DNA from: Clostridia bacterium
GTDB lineage: Bacteria > Bacillota > Clostridia > UMGS1883
Assembly: GCA_051866635.1 (NCBI GenBank)
Contig: JBJDXJ010000031.1
Coordinates: 1 to 39,508, forward strand
DNA length: 39,508 nt
Reading direction: 5' to 3'
Of the stretch, positions 1-11,809 are shown in pieces. Numbering within the stretch: position 1 is the first letter of the stretch; each line of letters begins with the position of its first letter. Position numbers and translations under genes: made by a program. The notes below the pieces were generated by a model. It was given only the letters and a program-made list of their open reading frames with translations. It did no database searches and was not told the origin of the DNA.

Positions 1-446
1 GCGGCGGCAAGAAGCCTTTCAGACAGAAGGGTACAGGCCGTGCAAGACAGGGTTCCACTCGTGCTCCCCAGTGGACAAAGGGTGGTGTAGCTCTCGGTCC
101 TAAGCCCAGAGATTACTCCTACAGCCTTAACAAGAAGGTTAAGAAGCTTGCTATGGTAAGCGCACTTTCCGCAAAGGCGGCAGAAGGCGAAGTTGCAGTG
201 GTTGAAAGCCTTGCAATGGACGAAATCAAGACAAAGACAATGGCAAATCTCCTTAGTGCTGTAGGTGCTAAGAAGGCCCTTGTTATCACAGGCGAAATGA
301 ACGAAAATGTTTACCTTAGCACAAGAAACATCAAGGGTGCTAAGACAGCATTCGTTGGTATGCTTAACGTATACGATATCCTTAACAGCGACATCTTGGT
401 TGCAGGTAAGGATGCTGTAGCTAAACTTGAGGAGGTGTATGCATAA
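1..446 (+). CDS. rplD: 50S ribosomal protein L4 (5'-truncated by window edge)
   Basis: Frame open from base 3: [24 protein letters not shown] (L4 signature), continuing into ORF 153-446; precedes L23. Confidence 0.97.
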   Translation, partial: GGKKPFRQKGTGRARQGSTRAPQWTKGGVALGPKPRDYSYSLNKKVKKLAMVSALSAKAAEGEVAVVESLAMDEIKTKTMANLLSAVGAKKALVITGEMNENVYLSTRNIKGAKTAFVGMLNVYDILNSDILVAGKDAVAKLEEVYA

Positions 447-736
447 TGACAGCTTACGAAATCATTAAAAGACCTATCGTAACAGAACAGTCTATGGATC
501 AGATGGCTGACAGAAAGTATACATTTGAAGTAGCAGTTTCAGCTAACAAGATCGAAATCAAAAAGGCAGTCGAAGAAATCTTCGGCGTTGAAGTAGAAAA
601 AGTAACAACTATCAACATGGACGGCAAAAGAAAGAGAATGGGCATGAACATCGGCAAGCGTGCTGACTGGAAAAAGGCAGTTGTTAAGCTTACCGAAAAG
701 AGCAAGACCATCGAATTCTTTGACGGCTTAATGTAA
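446..736 (+). CDS. rplW: 50S ribosomal protein L23
   Basis: IIKRPIVTE...KYTFEV...WKKAVVKL; S10 operon order. Confidence 0.97.
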   Translation: MTAYEIIKRPIVTEQSMDQMADRKYTFEVAVSANKIEIKKAVEEIFGVEVEKVTTINMDGKRKRMGMNIGKRADWKKAVVKLTEKSKTIEFFDGLM

Positions 737-754
737 GAGAAGGAGTGAATAGTA

Positions 755-1588
755 ATGCCTATTAAAAAGTATAAACCTACTACTCCTGCTCGCAGACAGA
801 TGACAGTATCTACATTTGAAGAAATCACAAAGAAGACTCCCGAGCGTTCTCTCGTGGTAACACTTAAGTCTTCCGGCGGTAGAAACTCCTACGGTAGAGT
901 TACAGTTCGTCATCGTGGCGGCGGCGCAAAGAGAAAGTACAGAATTATTGACTTCAAGCGTAACAAGATGGATATGACAGCAAATGTAATTGCTATCGAA
1001 TACGATCCTAACAGAAGCGCAAACATCGCTCTCGTTCAGTACGAAGACGGCGAAAAGAAATATATCATCGCTCCCGTAGGTCTTATGGTTGGCGACGTTA
1101 TCGTTTCTTCCGAAACAGCAGATATCCGTCCCGGTAATGCACTTCCTCTTAAGTCCATTCCCGTTGGTACAGTTATCCACAATATTGAACTTCAGCCCGG
1201 TAAGGGCGGTCAGCTCGTAAGAGCTGCAGGTAACGCTGCACAGCTTATGGCTAAGGAAAACGGTTATGCACAGGTAAGACTTCCTTCCGGTGAAGTTAGA
1301 ATGATCAGCCTTGAATGTAAGGCAACAGTTGGCCAGGTTGGCAACATCGATCATGAAAACGTTTCCATCGGTAAGGCGGGTAGAAAGAGACATATGGGTT
1401 GGAGACCTACAGTACGTGGTGTTGTAATGAACCCCTGCGACCATCCTCATGGTGGTGGTGAAGGTAAGTCCCCCGTTGGTATGCCTTCTCCTGTTACTCC
1501 CTGGGGCAAGCCTGCTCTTGGTTATAAGACTCGTTCTAAGAAGAAGCAGAGCGAAAAGTTTATCGTAAAGCATCGTAATGCGAGATAA
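755..1588 (+). CDS. rplB: 50S ribosomal protein L2
   Basis: [26 protein letters not shown] motifs. Confidence 0.99.
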   Translation: MPIKKYKPTTPARRQMTVSTFEEITKKTPERSLVVTLKSSGGRNSYGRVTVRHRGGGAKRKYRIIDFKRNKMDMTANVIAIEYDPNRSANIALVQYEDGEKKYIIAPVGLMVGDVIVSSETADIRPGNALPLKSIPVGTVIHNIELQPGKGGQLVRAAGNAAQLMAKENGYAQVRLPSGEVRMISLECKATVGQVGNIDHENVSIGKAGRKRHMGWRPTVRGVVMNPCDHPHGGGEGKSPVGMPSPVTPWGKPALGYKTRSKKKQSEKFIVKHRNAR

Positions 1589-1601
1589 GGAGGAAGAGTA
1601 A

Positions 1602-1868
1602 ATGAGCAGATCTATTAAAAAGGGTCCTTTTATCGATCCTAAGCTTTTATCCAGAGTTCAGGCAATGAACGAAGCAGGCGAGAAGAGAGTTTTAAAAACT
1701 TGGTCTCGCAGCTCTACAATTTTCCCTGATTTCGTAGGACACACAATCGCTGTTCACAACGGTAAAACACATGTTCCCGTATACGTAACAGAAGATATGG
1801 TTGGTCATAAATTGGGTGAATTTGCTCCTACAAGAACATTCAAGGGTCACGTAGGCGCAAAGAAGTAA
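1602..1868 (+). CDS. rpsS: 30S ribosomal protein S19
   Basis: [23 protein letters not shown]. Confidence 0.99.
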   Translation: MSRSIKKGPFIDPKLLSRVQAMNEAGEKRVLKTWSRSSTIFPDFVGHTIAVHNGKTHVPVYVTEDMVGHKLGEFAPTRTFKGHVGAKK

Positions 1869-1887
1869 GAAAAGGAGGACAAGACAA

Positions 1888-2235
1888 ATGGAGGCTAAAA
1901 GAGAAGCTAAGGCAGTTCTTAAATATGCAAGAATTTCGCCCAGAAAAGTCAACATTGTAAACGACCTTATAAGAAATAAGCCCGTCGGAGTTGCAATGGG
2001 TATCCTTAACAACACACCCAAAGCTGCAAGTGCACTCCTCATCAAGCTTTTGAACAGTGCAGTCGCAAATGCAGAACACAACTACCAGATGGATGTAGAT
2101 AAACTCTATGTTGCGGAAGTATATGCTAATGCAGGCCCCACTCTTAAGAGAGTAATGCCTCGTGCACAGGGTAGAGCATTCCGCATCTTGAAGAGAACAA
2201 GTCATATTACAATCGTTGTAAAAGAAAAAGAATAA
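1888..2235 (+). CDS. rplV: 50S ribosomal protein L22
   Basis: ARISPRK, SAVANAE, PRAQGRA...KRTSHIT. Confidence 0.98.
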   Translation: MEAKREAKAVLKYARISPRKVNIVNDLIRNKPVGVAMGILNNTPKAASALLIKLLNSAVANAEHNYQMDVDKLYVAEVYANAGPTLKRVMPRAQGRAFRILKRTSHITIVVKEKE

Positions 2236-2247
2236 GGAGGCGCTCTT

Positions 2248-2952
2248 ATGGGTCAGAAAGTTAATCCCCATGGTCTTAGAGTAGGCGTTATTAAGGACTG
2301 GGATTCCAGATGGTACGCTGAAGATCATGAATTCGGTGATAACCTTGTAGAAGACTACAAGATTAGAGAATATGTAAAGAAGAAGCTCTATGGCGCAGGT
2401 GTTCCTAAGATTGAAATCGAAAAGACAGCAAACGCTATTAAGCTTTATGTTCACACAGCTAAGCCCGGCATCGTAATTGGTAAGAAGGGTGAAGATATCG
2501 AAAAGCTCAAGGCAGAAATTTCTCGCCTTACAGGCAAGCAGGTATCTATCGAAATCGTTGAAGTTAAGCAGGCTAACCTTTCTGCTCAGCTTGTTGCTGA
2601 AAACATTGCAGCACAGCTTGAAAAGAGAGTAAGCTTCAGAAGAGCTATGAAGGGTGCTATGAGCTTCGCTATGAAGGCAGGCGCTAAGGGTATTAAGACA
2701 ACTTGCGGCGGCCGTCTCGGCGGTGCTGAAATCGCAAGAAAGGAAACATACCATGAAGGTACTATTCCTCTTCAGACTCTTCGTGCAGATATTGACTACG
2801 GTTTTGCAGAAGCTAACACAACTTACGGCAAGATTGGTTGTAAGGTATGGATTTACAAGGGCGAAGTCCTCAATGTAAATGCTGCTAAGAGAGCTCCCAA
2901 GGCTCCCAAGGCTCCTAAGAAGGAAGGGGGACGCAAAAATGTTAATGCCTAA
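2248..2952 (+). CDS. rpsC: 30S ribosomal protein S3
   Basis: [33 protein letters not shown]. Confidence 0.99.
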   Translation: MGQKVNPHGLRVGVIKDWDSRWYAEDHEFGDNLVEDYKIREYVKKKLYGAGVPKIEIEKTANAIKLYVHTAKPGIVIGKKGEDIEKLKAEISRLTGKQVSIEIVEVKQANLSAQLVAENIAAQLEKRVSFRRAMKGAMSFAMKAGAKGIKTTCGGRLGGAEIARKETYHEGTIPLQTLRADIDYGFAEANTTYGKIGCKVWIYKGEVLNVNAAKRAPKAPKAPKKEGGRKNVNA

Positions 2953-3370
2953 AAGAGTAAAGCACAGAAAGCAGTTTCGTGGCAGAATGACAGGTACTGC
3001 TCTTCGTGGCAATAAAGTAACAAACGGTGAATTTGGTCTCGTTTCTTTGGAACCTGCTTGGATCACAAGCAACCAGATTGAAGCTGCCCGTATCGCTATG
3101 ACACGTTACATCAAGCGTGGCGGTAAGGTATGGATCAAGATTTTCCCCGATAAGCCTATAACAGAAAAGCCTGCTGAAACACGAATGGGTTCCGGTAAGG
3201 GTTCTCCCGAATACTGGGTAGCAGTTGTTAAGCCCGGTAGAGTAATGTTCGAAATCGGCGGCGTTGCAGAAGAAACAGCAAGAGAAGCACTTCGTCTTGC
3301 TATGCACAAGCTCCCCGTAAAGTGTAAGATTCTTGCACGTGCGGAACAGGAAACGGAGGGTGACAACTAA
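2939..3370 (+). CDS. rplP: 50S ribosomal protein L16
   Basis: [11 protein letters not shown] start at ATG 2939 (ORF track start 2879 is too long); RMGSGKG motif. Confidence 0.98.
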   Translation: MLMPKRVKHRKQFRGRMTGTALRGNKVTNGEFGLVSLEPAWITSNQIEAARIAMTRYIKRGGKVWIKIFPDKPITEKPAETRMGSGKGSPEYWVAVVKPGRVMFEIGGVAEETAREALRLAMHKLPVKCKILARAEQETEGDN

Positions 3371-3570
3371 TGAAGGTAAAAGATATCCGTGCAATGAGCA
3401 CAGAAGAATTAGAAGTAAAACTCTTTGACCTTAAGAAAGAACTTTTCAATTTAAGATTCCGTAACGCAACTAACCAGCTCGAAAACCCGCTTGAAATTGC
3501 TAACGTTAAGAAGGCAATTGCACGTGTTAAGACTGTTATCCGCGAAAGAGAACTTGAAAAGACTGTTTAA
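3370..3570 (+). CDS. rpmC: 50S ribosomal protein L29
   Basis: [10 protein letters not shown]...[10 protein letters not shown]; operon position. Confidence 0.97.
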   Translation: MKVKDIRAMSTEELEVKLFDLKKELFNLRFRNATNQLENPLEIANVKKAIARVKTVIRERELEKTV

Positions 3571-3593
3571 TGAGCGAAAGGAGGATATTATAA

Positions 3594-3851
3594 ATGACTG
3601 AAAGAAATTATCGTAAGACAAGAATCGGCAAGGTAGTAAGCGATAAGATGGATAAGACTATCGTAGTTGCTATCGAAGACAGTGTAAAGCATCCTCTTTA
3701 CGGCAAGGTTATTAAAAGAACCGTAAAGTTTAAGGCTCATGATGAAGAAAATCAGTGCGGTATCGGCGATCGCGTAGAAATCATGGAAACAAGACCGCTC
3801 AGCCGCGATAAGAGATGGAGACTTGTCCGCATTGTGGAAAAGGCTCGCTAA
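3594..3851 (+). CDS. rpsQ: 30S ribosomal protein S17
   Basis: [31 protein letters not shown]. Confidence 0.98.
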   Translation: MTERNYRKTRIGKVVSDKMDKTIVVAIEDSVKHPLYGKVIKRTVKFKAHDEENQCGIGDRVEIMETRPLSRDKRWRLVRIVEKAR

Positions 3852-3872
3852 TTGGAAAAGGAGTGAACTAAC

Positions 3873-4241
3873 GTGATTCAACAGCAGACTCTGTTAAAGG
3901 TTGCTGACAACACAGGTGCTAAGGAACTTATGTGCATCAGAGTGCTTGGCGGCTCCTTCAGAAGATATGGTAACATCGGTGATGTTATTGTTGCTTCCGT
4001 AAAGAAAGCAGCACCCGGCGGCGTTGTTAAGAAGGGTGATGTTGTAAAGGCAGTTATCGTACGCAGCGTTAAGGGCGTAAGAAGAGCTGATGGCAGTTAT
4101 ATCAAGTTTGATGAAAACGCAGCAGTTATCATCAAGGAAGATAAGAACCCCAGAGGTACTCGTATATTCGGACCTGTTGCAAGAGAACTTCGTGACAACG
4201 ACTACATGAAGATTCTTTCTCTCGCACCCGAAGTTCTGTAA
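3873..4241 (+). CDS. rplN: 50S ribosomal protein L14
   Basis: GTG start; [27 protein letters not shown]. Confidence 0.99.
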   Translation: MIQQQTLLKVADNTGAKELMCIRVLGGSFRRYGNIGDVIVASVKKAAPGGVVKKGDVVKAVIVRSVKGVRRADGSYIKFDENAAVIIKEDKNPRGTRIFGPVARELRDNDYMKILSLAPEVL

Positions 4242-4254
4242 GGGAGGCAACATT

Positions 4255-4581
4255 ATGAGTAAGAGAATTAATATCAAAAAGGGCGATCAGGTTATCGTCA
4301 TTTCCGGTGAGGAAAAGAACAAAAAGGGCAAGGTAATAAGCGTTGACCCCGCCTCCTCCCGTGTTATAGTTGAAGGTATCAACATGGTTACAAAGCACCG
4401 TAAGCCTCGCAGTCAGGCTGACCTTGGTGGCATCGTTCATCAGGAAGCAGCTATTGACGCATGCAAGGTAATGCATATTTGCGACAAGTGCAAGCAGCCT
4501 ACAAGAATCGGTTACAAGATGCTTGAAGACGGTGCAAAGGTTCGCGTATGTAAGAAGTGCGGCGAAACATTTGAAAACTAA
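4255..4581 (+). CDS. rplX: 50S ribosomal protein L24
   Basis: IKKGDQVIVISG KOW motif; operon position. Confidence 0.97.
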   Translation: MSKRINIKKGDQVIVISGEEKNKKGKVISVDPASSRVIVEGINMVTKHRKPRSQADLGGIVHQEAAIDACKVMHICDKCKQPTRIGYKMLEDGAKVRVCKKCGETFEN

Positions 4582-4598
4582 GAGAGGAGGACTAAGCA

Positions 4599-5138
4599 AT
4601 GTCAACACTTAAGACACTTTATAAAGAAGAAGTAGCAGGCGCTCTTATGAAGAAGTTTGAATACAAGAGTGCTATGCAGATTCCCAAGATTGAAAAGGTT
4701 GTAATCAACATTGGTCTTGGCGAAGCTAAAGACAATGCTAAGGTTATTGACTCCGCTGCCGCTGATCTTATGTTAATCACAGGTCAGAAGCCTGTAGTAA
4801 CAAAGGCAAGAAAGTCCGTTGCTAACTTCAAGATCAGAGAAGGAATGAGCCTTGGTGTAAAGGTAACACTTCGTGGCGAAAAGATGTACGAATTCATCGA
4901 CAAACTCTTCAACATCGCTCTTCCCAGAGTTAGAGACTTCAGAGGCATTAACCCCAATGCTTTTGACGGAAGAGGTAACTATTCCTTAGGTATCAAGGAA
5001 CAGCTTATTTTCCCTGAAATCGATTATGATAAGATCGATAAAATCAGAGGTATGGACATCATTTTCGTTACCACAGCTAATACAGACGAAGAGGGCAGAG
5101 AGCTCCTTAAGCTCATGGGTGCCCCCTTCACAAAGTAA
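4599..5138 (+). CDS. rplE: 50S ribosomal protein L5
   Basis: [27 protein letters not shown]. Confidence 0.99.
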   Translation: MSTLKTLYKEEVAGALMKKFEYKSAMQIPKIEKVVINIGLGEAKDNAKVIDSAAADLMLITGQKPVVTKARKSVANFKIREGMSLGVKVTLRGEKMYEFIDKLFNIALPRVRDFRGINPNAFDGRGNYSLGIKEQLIFPEIDYDKIDKIRGMDIIFVTTANTDEEGRELLKLMGAPFTK

Positions 5139-5157
5139 GCAGGGGAGGAGAATAATT

Positions 5158-5343
5158 ATGGCAAAGAAATCTATGGTTTTAAAGCAGCAGAAGACACCTA
5201 AGTTCGCAACAAGAGCTTACAACAGATGTAAAATCTGCGGAAGACCCCACGCTTATCTCAGAAAGTATGGCGTTTGCCGTATCTGCTTCAGAGAACTTGC
5301 GTATAAGGGTGAAATCCCCGGTGTTAAGAAGGCAAGCTGGTAA
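5158..5343 (+). CDS. rpsN: 30S ribosomal protein S14, zinc-binding type Z (61 aa)
   Basis: MAKKS start at 5158 after GGAGG; CKIC...CRIC zinc motif; ends KKASW. Confidence 0.97.
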   Translation: MAKKSMVLKQQKTPKFATRAYNRCKICGRPHAYLRKYGVCRICFRELAYKGEIPGVKKASW

Positions 5344-5372
5344 TATACAGTCAGAAAAGGAGGTTATTATCT

Positions 5373-5771
5373 ATGCAGATTACAGATCCTATCGCTGATA
5401 TGCTTACAAGAATTAGAAATGCTAATTCTGCAAAGCATCAGACAGTTGACGTTCCCGTATCCAAGATGAAGACAGCTATCGCTGAAATCCTCAAGGAGGA
5501 AGGTTACATCAAAGGTTATGAAATAGTTGACGACGGAAAGCAGGGTATGATTCACATTACTCTCAAGTACGGCGCAAATAAGGAAAAGGTTATTTCCGGT
5601 ATCGAAAGAGTTTCCAAGCCCGGTCTTCGTGTATACGCAGGTGCAGATGAACTCCCCAGAGTTCTTAAGGGCCTCGGTATCGCAATCGTTTCCACTTCCC
5701 AGGGTATCATGACAGACAAAAATGCAAGAAAGCTCCACACAGGCGGCGAAGTTCTCGCATTTGTTTGGTAA
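5373..5771 (+). CDS. rpsH: 30S ribosomal protein S8
   Basis: [30 protein letters not shown]. Confidence 0.99.
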   Translation: MQITDPIADMLTRIRNANSAKHQTVDVPVSKMKTAIAEILKEEGYIKGYEIVDDGKQGMIHITLKYGANKEKVISGIERVSKPGLRVYAGADELPRVLKGLGIAIVSTSQGIMTDKNARKLHTGGEVLAFVW

Positions 5772-5792
5772 TATAGATTAGAGGTGAAATAA

Positions 5793-6341
5793 ATGTCAAG
5801 AATAGGTAGAAAACCTATCGCCATCCCTGCAGGCGTTACAGTTACTGTAGGCGAAGGTAATGTTGTTACTGTTAAGGGTCCTAAGGGCGAACTTACACAG
5901 ACAATGCATGGCGATATGATAATTAAAGTAGAAGCATCAGAAGTTATTGTTGAACGTCCTTCTGAACAGAAGCTTCACAAGTCCCTTCACGGTCTTACAA
6001 GAACACTTGTTGCTAACATGGTAACAGGCGTATCTACAGGCTTCTCAAAGGAACTTGAAATCAACGGTGTTGGTTACCGTGCTCAGAAGCAGGGCAATAA
6101 GCTCGTATTAAGCCTTGGTTACTCCCACCCCGTTGAAATGGAAGATATTCCCGGATTGACAGTTGAAGTACCTGCTCCCAACAAGATTGTTGTTTCAGGT
6201 GCAGATAAGCAGGCAGTTGGTCAGCTTGCTGCTAAGATCAGAGAAAAGAGACCGCCGGAACCCTATAAGGGCAAGGGTATTAAGTATGTCGACGAAAGAA
6301 TCATCCGCAAGGAAGGTAAAGTCGGCAAGGCTAAGAAGTAA
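5793..6341 (+). CDS. rplF: 50S ribosomal protein L6
   Basis: [22 protein letters not shown]. Confidence 0.99.
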   Translation: MSRIGRKPIAIPAGVTVTVGEGNVVTVKGPKGELTQTMHGDMIIKVEASEVIVERPSEQKLHKSLHGLTRTLVANMVTGVSTGFSKELEINGVGYRAQKQGNKLVLSLGYSHPVEMEDIPGLTVEVPAPNKIVVSGADKQAVGQLAAKIREKRPPEPYKGKGIKYVDERIIRKEGKVGKAKK

Positions 6342-6358
6342 GAGAGGAGATAGGCATT

Positions 6359-6715
6359 ATGATAAGTAAGCCCAATAGTAATAAGGCAAGACTTAAGAGA
6401 CATGCAAGAATTCGTAACAAGATCAGCGGCACAGCAAGCTGTCCCCGTCTTTGCGTGTTCCGTTCTCTTAAGAACATTTACGCACAGGTTATCGATGATG
6501 TTAACGGTGTAACTCTTGTTTCTGCTTCCAGTCTCGAACTTAAGGACACTTATGGCGGAAATAAGGATGCTGCAACAGAAGTTGGTAAATTGGTTGCAGA
6601 AAAGGCATTAAAAGCAGGTATTAAAGAGGTCGTTTTCGACCGTAGCGGTTATCTCTATCACGGCAGAGTTGCATCCCTTGCAGCAGGTGCCCGTGAAGGT
6701 GGATTAGAATTCTAA
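6359..6715 (+). CDS. rplR: 50S ribosomal protein L18
   Basis: [30 protein letters not shown]. Confidence 0.98.
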   Translation: MISKPNSNKARLKRHARIRNKISGTASCPRLCVFRSLKNIYAQVIDDVNGVTLVSASSLELKDTYGGNKDAATEVGKLVAEKALKAGIKEVVFDRSGYLYHGRVASLAAGAREGGLEF

Positions 6716-6732
6716 GGTGAGGAGGTAGAAGT

Positions 6733-7230
6733 ATGAACGAGCGTATAGATGCATCCACATTGGATCTTAAAGAAAAATTAGTACACGTTAACCGTGTTTC
6801 TAAAACTGTTAAGGGTGGTAGAACAATGCGTTTCTCCGCACTTATCGTTGTAGGTGACGGTAACGGTCACGTAGGTTGCGGTATGGGTAAGGCTGCTGAA
6901 ATCCCCGATGCTATCAGAAAGGGTATTGAAGCTGCAAAGAAGAACTTAATCACTGTTCCTCTTCTTAATACTACTATCCCCCACGAAGTTATTGGCGAAT
7001 ACGGTGCAGGCAGAGTTCTCATCAAGCCTGCAGCTGAAGGTACAGGTGTTATCGCAGGTGGCGGTGTAAGAGCCGTACTTGAACTTGCCGGTATCCAGAA
7101 CGTAAGAACAAAGTGCCTCCGCAGCAACAACCCCACAAATGTTGTTAAGGCAACAATCGAAGGCCTTGCTTCCTTGAAGAGCGCTGAAGAAGTTGCTCGT
7201 CTCCGTGGCAAGGACGTTAACGAACTGTAA
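6733..7230 (+). CDS. rpsE: 30S ribosomal protein S5
   Basis: [19 protein letters not shown]. Confidence 0.99.
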   Translation: MNERIDASTLDLKEKLVHVNRVSKTVKGGRTMRFSALIVVGDGNGHVGCGMGKAAEIPDAIRKGIEAAKKNLITVPLLNTTIPHEVIGEYGAGRVLIKPAAEGTGVIAGGGVRAVLELAGIQNVRTKCLRSNNPTNVVKATIEGLASLKSAEEVARLRGKDVNEL

Positions 7231-7244
7231 GGAGGAGTAATACA

Positions 7245-7424
7245 ATGGCTAAACTTAGAATTACTCTCGTAAAGAGTACAGCAGGCAGAAAAGCTAATCA
7301 GATTGCAACTGTTAAAGCTCTCGGCCTTAAGAAAATCAGAGACGTGGTTGAACAGAACGACACACCTCAGATAAGAGGTATGATCAATGTTGTCAGCCAT
7401 TTGGTTAAGTACGAAGAAATCTAA
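7245..7424 (+). CDS. rpmD: 50S ribosomal protein L30 (59 aa, absent from ORF track)
   Basis: Manual translation [59 protein letters not shown]; RBS AGGAGG; between S5 and L15. Confidence 0.96.
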   Translation: MAKLRITLVKSTAGRKANQIATVKALGLKKIRDVVEQNDTPQIRGMINVVSHLVKYEEI

Positions 7425-7444
7425 CTTTAAGGAGGTGCACTGCA

Positions 7445-7885
7445 ATGAAATTATATGAACTTACACCTGCTCCCGGTTCCAAGAAGGAAGGCTTTAGAAA
7501 AGGTCGCGGTGCCGGTAGCGGTAACGGTAAGACAGCAGGCAGAGGTCACAAGGGTCAGAACGCTCGTTCCGGCGGTGGCGTTAGACCGGGCTTTGAAGGC
7601 GGTCAGATGCCCTTATATCGTCGTCTTCCCAAGCGTGGCTTTACAAATATTTTTGCTAAGGATTATGTAGCAATCAACGTTGAAAAGCTTGAAAAGTTTG
7701 AAAACGGTGCAGTAGTTGATGCCCAGGCTCTTAAGGATGCCGGCGTTATCTCTAAAATTCAGAATGGCGTAGTTATCATGGGCAGAGGCGAAATCACAAA
7801 GAGTCTCACAGTAAAGGCAGTTCGCTTTACTGAAAGCGCAAAAGAAAAAATCGAAAAAGCAGGCGGAAAGGCTGAGGTGATCTAA
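7445..7885 (+). CDS. rplO: 50S ribosomal protein L15
   Basis: [30 protein letters not shown]. Confidence 0.99.
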   Translation: MKLYELTPAPGSKKEGFRKGRGAGSGNGKTAGRGHKGQNARSGGGVRPGFEGGQMPLYRRLPKRGFTNIFAKDYVAINVEKLEKFENGAVVDAQALKDAGVISKIQNGVVIMGRGEITKSLTVKAVRFTESAKEKIEKAGGKAEVI

Positions 7886-7886
7886 C

Positions 7887-9170
7887 GTGCTTCAGACACT
7901 CAGAAATGCATGGAAGATACCGGATTTAAGAAAGAAAATTCTTTACACAGTACTTCTTATTGTTGTTTTCCGTTTCGGTAGTTATATTCCCGTTCCCTGG
8001 ATTGACGCAAGTGCAGTTGCTTCCTGGCTTAACAATGAAACAGGCAACACACTCTTCAATCTTATGGACTCTTTCTCCGGTGGTTCATTGTCAAATGCAA
8101 CAATTTTTGCAATGAGTATCTCTCCCTACATCAACAGCTCCATTATTATGCAGCTTTTGACTGTTGCTATTCCCGCTTTAGAGAGAATGGCAAAAGAGGG
8201 TGCAGAAGGCAGAAAGAAAATCACAAAGATTACAAGATATGTAACAGTTGTTCTTGCTGCGGTTCAGGCTCTTGGCCTTTACCTCACATTAAGGAGCCAG
8301 AATGCTATTATGCTTGGTGCTATGCCCGAAATTTTCATAGCTCTTTCCATTATATTTGCTTTCACAGCAGGTACAGCATTCCTTATGTGGCTTGGTGAGC
8401 AGATTACAGGTAAGGGTATCGGTAACGGTATCTCCATGATAATCTTTGCAGGTATCGTAGCAAGCGTTCCCAACATGATTCGTACAGCGGCTGAAAACTT
8501 CGGTGCTTGGTGGAACTGGGTTCTCCTGTTGGTATACGTACTTCTTTCCATCACATTCGTTGTTCTTATCAACGATGCTGAAAGAAAGATTCCCGTACAG
8601 TATGCAAAGAGAGTTGTAGGTAACAAAATGTATGGCGGCCAGTCCTCCAACATTCCCATCAAGGTTACTCAGGGCGGTGTAATTCCCATTATCTTCGCTA
8701 TGAGCATTATGACATTCCCTGCAACATTAGCTCAGATTATTGCACAGAATGACTACAACAGCGTGCTTTACACGATTGCAAACTTTGTAACAAGCGGCTG
8801 GTTCTATCCCACATTCTACTTTATTCTTATTATTGCATTTGCATATTTCTATGCTTCAATTACTTTCAATCCTATTGAAATTGCAAACAATATTAAGAGT
8901 AACGGTGGTGCTATCATGGGTATCCGTCCCGGCAAACCCACAAGCGATTATATCGCTAAGGTTGTTTCCAAGATTACTCTTATCGGCGCTATCGCACTTG
9001 CAGTTATTGCTGTTCTTCCCATCGTTGTTACAGCAGTAATAGGTATGCAGGTTGCTTCTCTTGCTCTTACAGGTACATCACTCCTTATCGTAGTTGGTGT
9101 TGCTCTTGAAACAGTACAGCAGATTGAAGCACAGATGGTAATGAGACATTATAAGGGATTCTTAGAATAA
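7887..9170 (+). CDS. secY: Preprotein translocase subunit SecY
   Basis: GTG start; multiple TM segments; MWLGEQIT, GIGNGIS, GIRPGKPT, GTSLLIVVGV. Confidence 0.99.
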   Translation: MLQTLRNAWKIPDLRKKILYTVLLIVVFRFGSYIPVPWIDASAVASWLNNETGNTLFNLMDSFSGGSLSNATIFAMSISPYINSSIIMQLLTVAIPALERMAKEGAEGRKKITKITRYVTVVLAAVQALGLYLTLRSQNAIMLGAMPEIFIALSIIFAFTAGTAFLMWLGEQITGKGIGNGISMIIFAGIVASVPNMIRTAAENFGAWWNWVLLLVYVLLSITFVVLINDAERKIPVQYAKRVVGNKMYGGQSSNIPIKVTQGGVIPIIFAMSIMTFPATLAQIIAQNDYNSVLYTIANFVTSGWFYPTFYFILIIAFAYFYASITFNPIEIANNIKSNGGAIMGIRPGKPTSDYIAKVVSKITLIGAIALAVIAVLPIVVTAVIGMQVASLALTGTSLLIVVGVALETVQQIEAQMVMRHYKGFLE

Positions 9171-9196
9171 GACTTTGCCTTTGAAAGGGAGATATC

Positions 9197-9832
9197 ATGA
9201 AGTTAGTTTTATTAGGCGCTCCCGGTTCCGGTAAGGGCACACAGGCTGAAAAGCTCTCTGCTCTTTTAGGAATACCGACAATATCTACAGGCGCAATTAT
9301 CAGAGCACATATCAACGGCAAGACCGAACTGGGCCTTAAGGCAACAAGCTATATCCAAGACGGTAAACTTGTTCCCGACGAATTAGTCCTTGATATTGTG
9401 AAGGACCGTCTTAGTAAGGATGATTGTAAGAATGGCTTCATCCTTGATGGTTTCCCCAGAACCATTCCTCAGGCAGAAGAAGCCGAAAGACTTGGTTTTG
9501 GTATCGAAAGAGTTTTGGACCTTTATGTTTCGGACGAAGCAATCGTTGACCGCCTTTCAGGCAGACGTGAATGTAAAGTTTGCAGAACTCCTTTCCACAC
9601 TGTTTACAACGCTCCTCATGTTGACGGAATTTGTGACAAGTGTGGCGGCGAATTAATCCGCCGTGCAGACGACGAACCGGAAACCATCCGAAAGAGACTT
9701 GAAGTTTACCATAAGGAAACTGAGCCTCTTGAGAACTTTTATAAAGAACGCGGTATTCTTACTGTTGTTGAAGGCAGAAAGAAAATCGAGGACACAACAC
9801 GAGATGTTCGCAAGGCACTTGGCCTTGACTAA
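9197..9832 (+). CDS. adk: Adenylate kinase (zinc LID type)
   Basis: GAPGSGKGT P-loop, FILDGFPRT, CKVC...CDKC LID. Confidence 0.98.
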   Translation: MKLVLLGAPGSGKGTQAEKLSALLGIPTISTGAIIRAHINGKTELGLKATSYIQDGKLVPDELVLDIVKDRLSKDDCKNGFILDGFPRTIPQAEEAERLGFGIERVLDLYVSDEAIVDRLSGRRECKVCRTPFHTVYNAPHVDGICDKCGGELIRRADDEPETIRKRLEVYHKETEPLENFYKERGILTVVEGRKKIEDTTRDVRKALGLD

Positions 9833-9845
9833 GTCGAGGTAGAAT

Positions 9846-10598
9846 ATGATAGTTCTCAAAACAAGCAAAGATTTACAGGCTATGGCGAAAAGCGGTTTAA
9901 TCGTTGCCAAAGCCTTGGAAGCTGCCGAAGAGGCAGTGAAACCCGGAATGACAACGGCACGGCTTAACGAAATTGTGGAGAAGGTTATAGTAGGCGAAGG
10001 TGCGAGACCCTCTTTCAAAAACTACAGAGGCTTCCCTGCCTGCTGTTGTATCTCTCCCAATAACGTTGTCGTTCACGGAATACCTTCTGACAAGGTTGTT
10101 CTTCAGGAAGGTGATATCGTAAGCATAGATGTGGGTGCCTTTATCGGAGGCTTCCACGGCGATGCTGCGAGAACGCTTGCCGTGGGCAAAATATCAGATG
10201 AAGCCAGAAGGCTCATCGAGACAACAAAGGAAGCATTTTTCAAGGGAATGGAACAGGCTGTCGATTCCAACCGTATCGGTGACATCGGTCATGCAGTCCA
10301 GACCCATGCGGAAAATGCAGGTTACAGTGTTGTCAGAGAGCTTGTCGGTCACGGCGTGGGGCATGAGCTCCATGAGTCACCTGATGTGCCGAACTTCGGC
10401 ATGCCGGGTAAAGGAGTGAGACTGACGAAAGGCATGGTAATAGCAATCGAGCCGATGATAAACATGGGTGCTAAAGAAGTAAGCTTCTCCAAGATAGACG
10501 GTTGGACCGTAACTACAAAGGACGGCTCTCTTTCAGCCCATTATGAAAACACGGTTGCCATTACGGAAGACGGGCCCAAAATACTGACCCTGAGGTAA
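9846..10598 (+). CDS. map: Methionine aminopeptidase type I
   Basis: VVHGIP, DIVSIDVG, GHGVG, AIEPM, SAHYENT. Confidence 0.98.
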   Translation: MIVLKTSKDLQAMAKSGLIVAKALEAAEEAVKPGMTTARLNEIVEKVIVGEGARPSFKNYRGFPACCCISPNNVVVHGIPSDKVVLQEGDIVSIDVGAFIGGFHGDAARTLAVGKISDEARRLIETTKEAFFKGMEQAVDSNRIGDIGHAVQTHAENAGYSVVRELVGHGVGHELHESPDVPNFGMPGKGVRLTKGMVIAIEPMINMGAKEVSFSKIDGWTVTTKDGSLSAHYENTVAITEDGPKILTLR

Positions 10599-10603
10599 CA
10601 AAT

Positions 10604-10882
10604 ATGAAAATATCAGATGTTGTTATTTCCAAAAAGGGTAAATATGACGGCGAAGTATTTTTCGTAATAGACGTAAAAGACGGTTTTGCGTATTTGTGTG
10701 ACGGAAAGAAACGGAAGGTTTCAAATCCCAAGAAGAAAAACATTCTTCATCTGGAAAAAACAAATCTTTCTTCTCCTATTGTTGCCGAAAGGCTTCAAAG
10801 TGGTGAAAACACCGTAGACGCACTGATGCGAGCAGAACTTAAAAGATTAAAATTCATGTTAGAGTCGAAAGTTTCAGATTAG
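10604..10882 (+). CDS. KOW-domain RNA-binding protein (L14e-like)
   Basis: [11 protein letters not shown]...[14 protein letters not shown]; typical map-KOW-infA slot in Firmicutes. Confidence 0.85.
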   Translation: MKISDVVISKKGKYDGEVFFVIDVKDGFAYLCDGKKRKVSNPKKKNILHLEKTNLSSPIVAERLQSGENTVDALMRAELKRLKFMLESKVSD

Positions 10883-10893
10883 GAGGTAATACC

Positions 10894-11112
10894 GTGGCTA
10901 AAGAAGATGTTCTTGAAATGGAAGGTACCGTGCTTGAAGCACTGCCCAACGCAATGTTTCAGATTGAATTAAGTAACGGTCATAAAATATTGGGACACGT
11001 TTCCGGTAAGTTAAGAATGAACTTCATCAGAATTTTACCGGGAGATAAAGTAAAAGTAGAGCTCTCGCCTTATGACCTCACAAGAGGCAGAATAACATGG
11101 CGTTCTAAATGA
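10894..11112 (+). CDS. infA: Translation initiation factor IF-1
   Basis: GTG start; [33 protein letters not shown]. Confidence 0.99.
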   Translation: MAKEDVLEMEGTVLEALPNAMFQIELSNGHKILGHVSGKLRMNFIRILPGDKVKVELSPYDLTRGRITWRSK

Positions 11113-11161
11113 GCGTATTGATAAATATTCGTAATTAAAAACATTTGAGGAGGAATTCACT

Positions 11162-11275
11162 ATGAAGATTAGACCCTCAGTTAAACCGATTTGCGAAAAG
11201 TGCAAGATTATCAAGAGAAAAGGTAAAATCATGGTAATCTGCGAAAACCCCAAGCACAAGCAGAAGCAGGGCTGA
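11162..11275 (+). CDS. rpmJ: 50S ribosomal protein L36 (37 aa, absent from ORF track)
   Basis: Manual translation [37 protein letters not shown]; RBS GGAGG. Confidence 0.97.
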   Translation: MKIRPSVKPICEKCKIIKRKGKIMVICENPKHKQKQG

Positions 11276-11337
11276 TTAATTTTTTCGGCGCGGCTGAACA
11301 CTAAAAGTGTTGTCGGGAAAAATTTTATCCCTCATTT

Positions 11338-11346
11338 TGGTATAAT
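11338..11346 (+). promoter_or_regulatory. Extended -10 promoter for the alpha operon
   Basis: TGGTATAAT (TGn-TATAAT) about 80 bp upstream of rpsM; no clear -35. Confidence 0.55.
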
Positions 11347-11426
11347 TGTAAGCTGATCAAAATTTTCGGTGTCGGATCCGTCAATAGATGCGGGTCAACA
11401 ATCATATTATGAAAGGATGAGAAAAC

Positions 11427-11795
11427 ATGGCAAGAATATCTGGCGTGGATTTGCCCAGAGAAAAGCGCGTTGAAATTGGTCTCACATACGTATACGGTAT
11501 TGGTAGAACAAGCGCAAACAAGATCCTTGAAGCAACAGGTATCAATCCTGATACAAGAGTAAAGGACCTTACAGAAGATGAAGTTGCAAAACTCAGGGAT
11601 GTTATTGATAACAATTACACAGTTGAAGGTGACCTTCGCAGAGAAGTAGCTCTTAACATTAAGAGACTTATCGAAGTAGGTTGCTACCGTGGCGTTCGCC
11701 ACAGAAAAGGCCTTCCCGTAAGAGGTCAGAACACAAAGAACAATGCCCGCACAAGAAAGGGTCCCAAGCGTACAATCGCTAATAAGAAGAAGTAA
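11427..11795 (+). CDS. rpsM: 30S ribosomal protein S13
   Basis: [36 protein letters not shown]. Confidence 0.99.
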   Translation: MARISGVDLPREKRVEIGLTYVYGIGRTSANKILEATGINPDTRVKDLTEDEVAKLRDVIDNNYTVEGDLRREVALNIKRLIEVGCYRGVRHRKGLPVRGQNTKNNARTRKGPKRTIANKKK

Positions 11796-11809
11796 GGAGG
11801 AGAGCATAG

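Noticed and set aside
2893-2920. 9-bp tandem repeat (APK x3) in the rpsC tail
   Set aside because: Ordinary low-complexity S3 C-terminal extension
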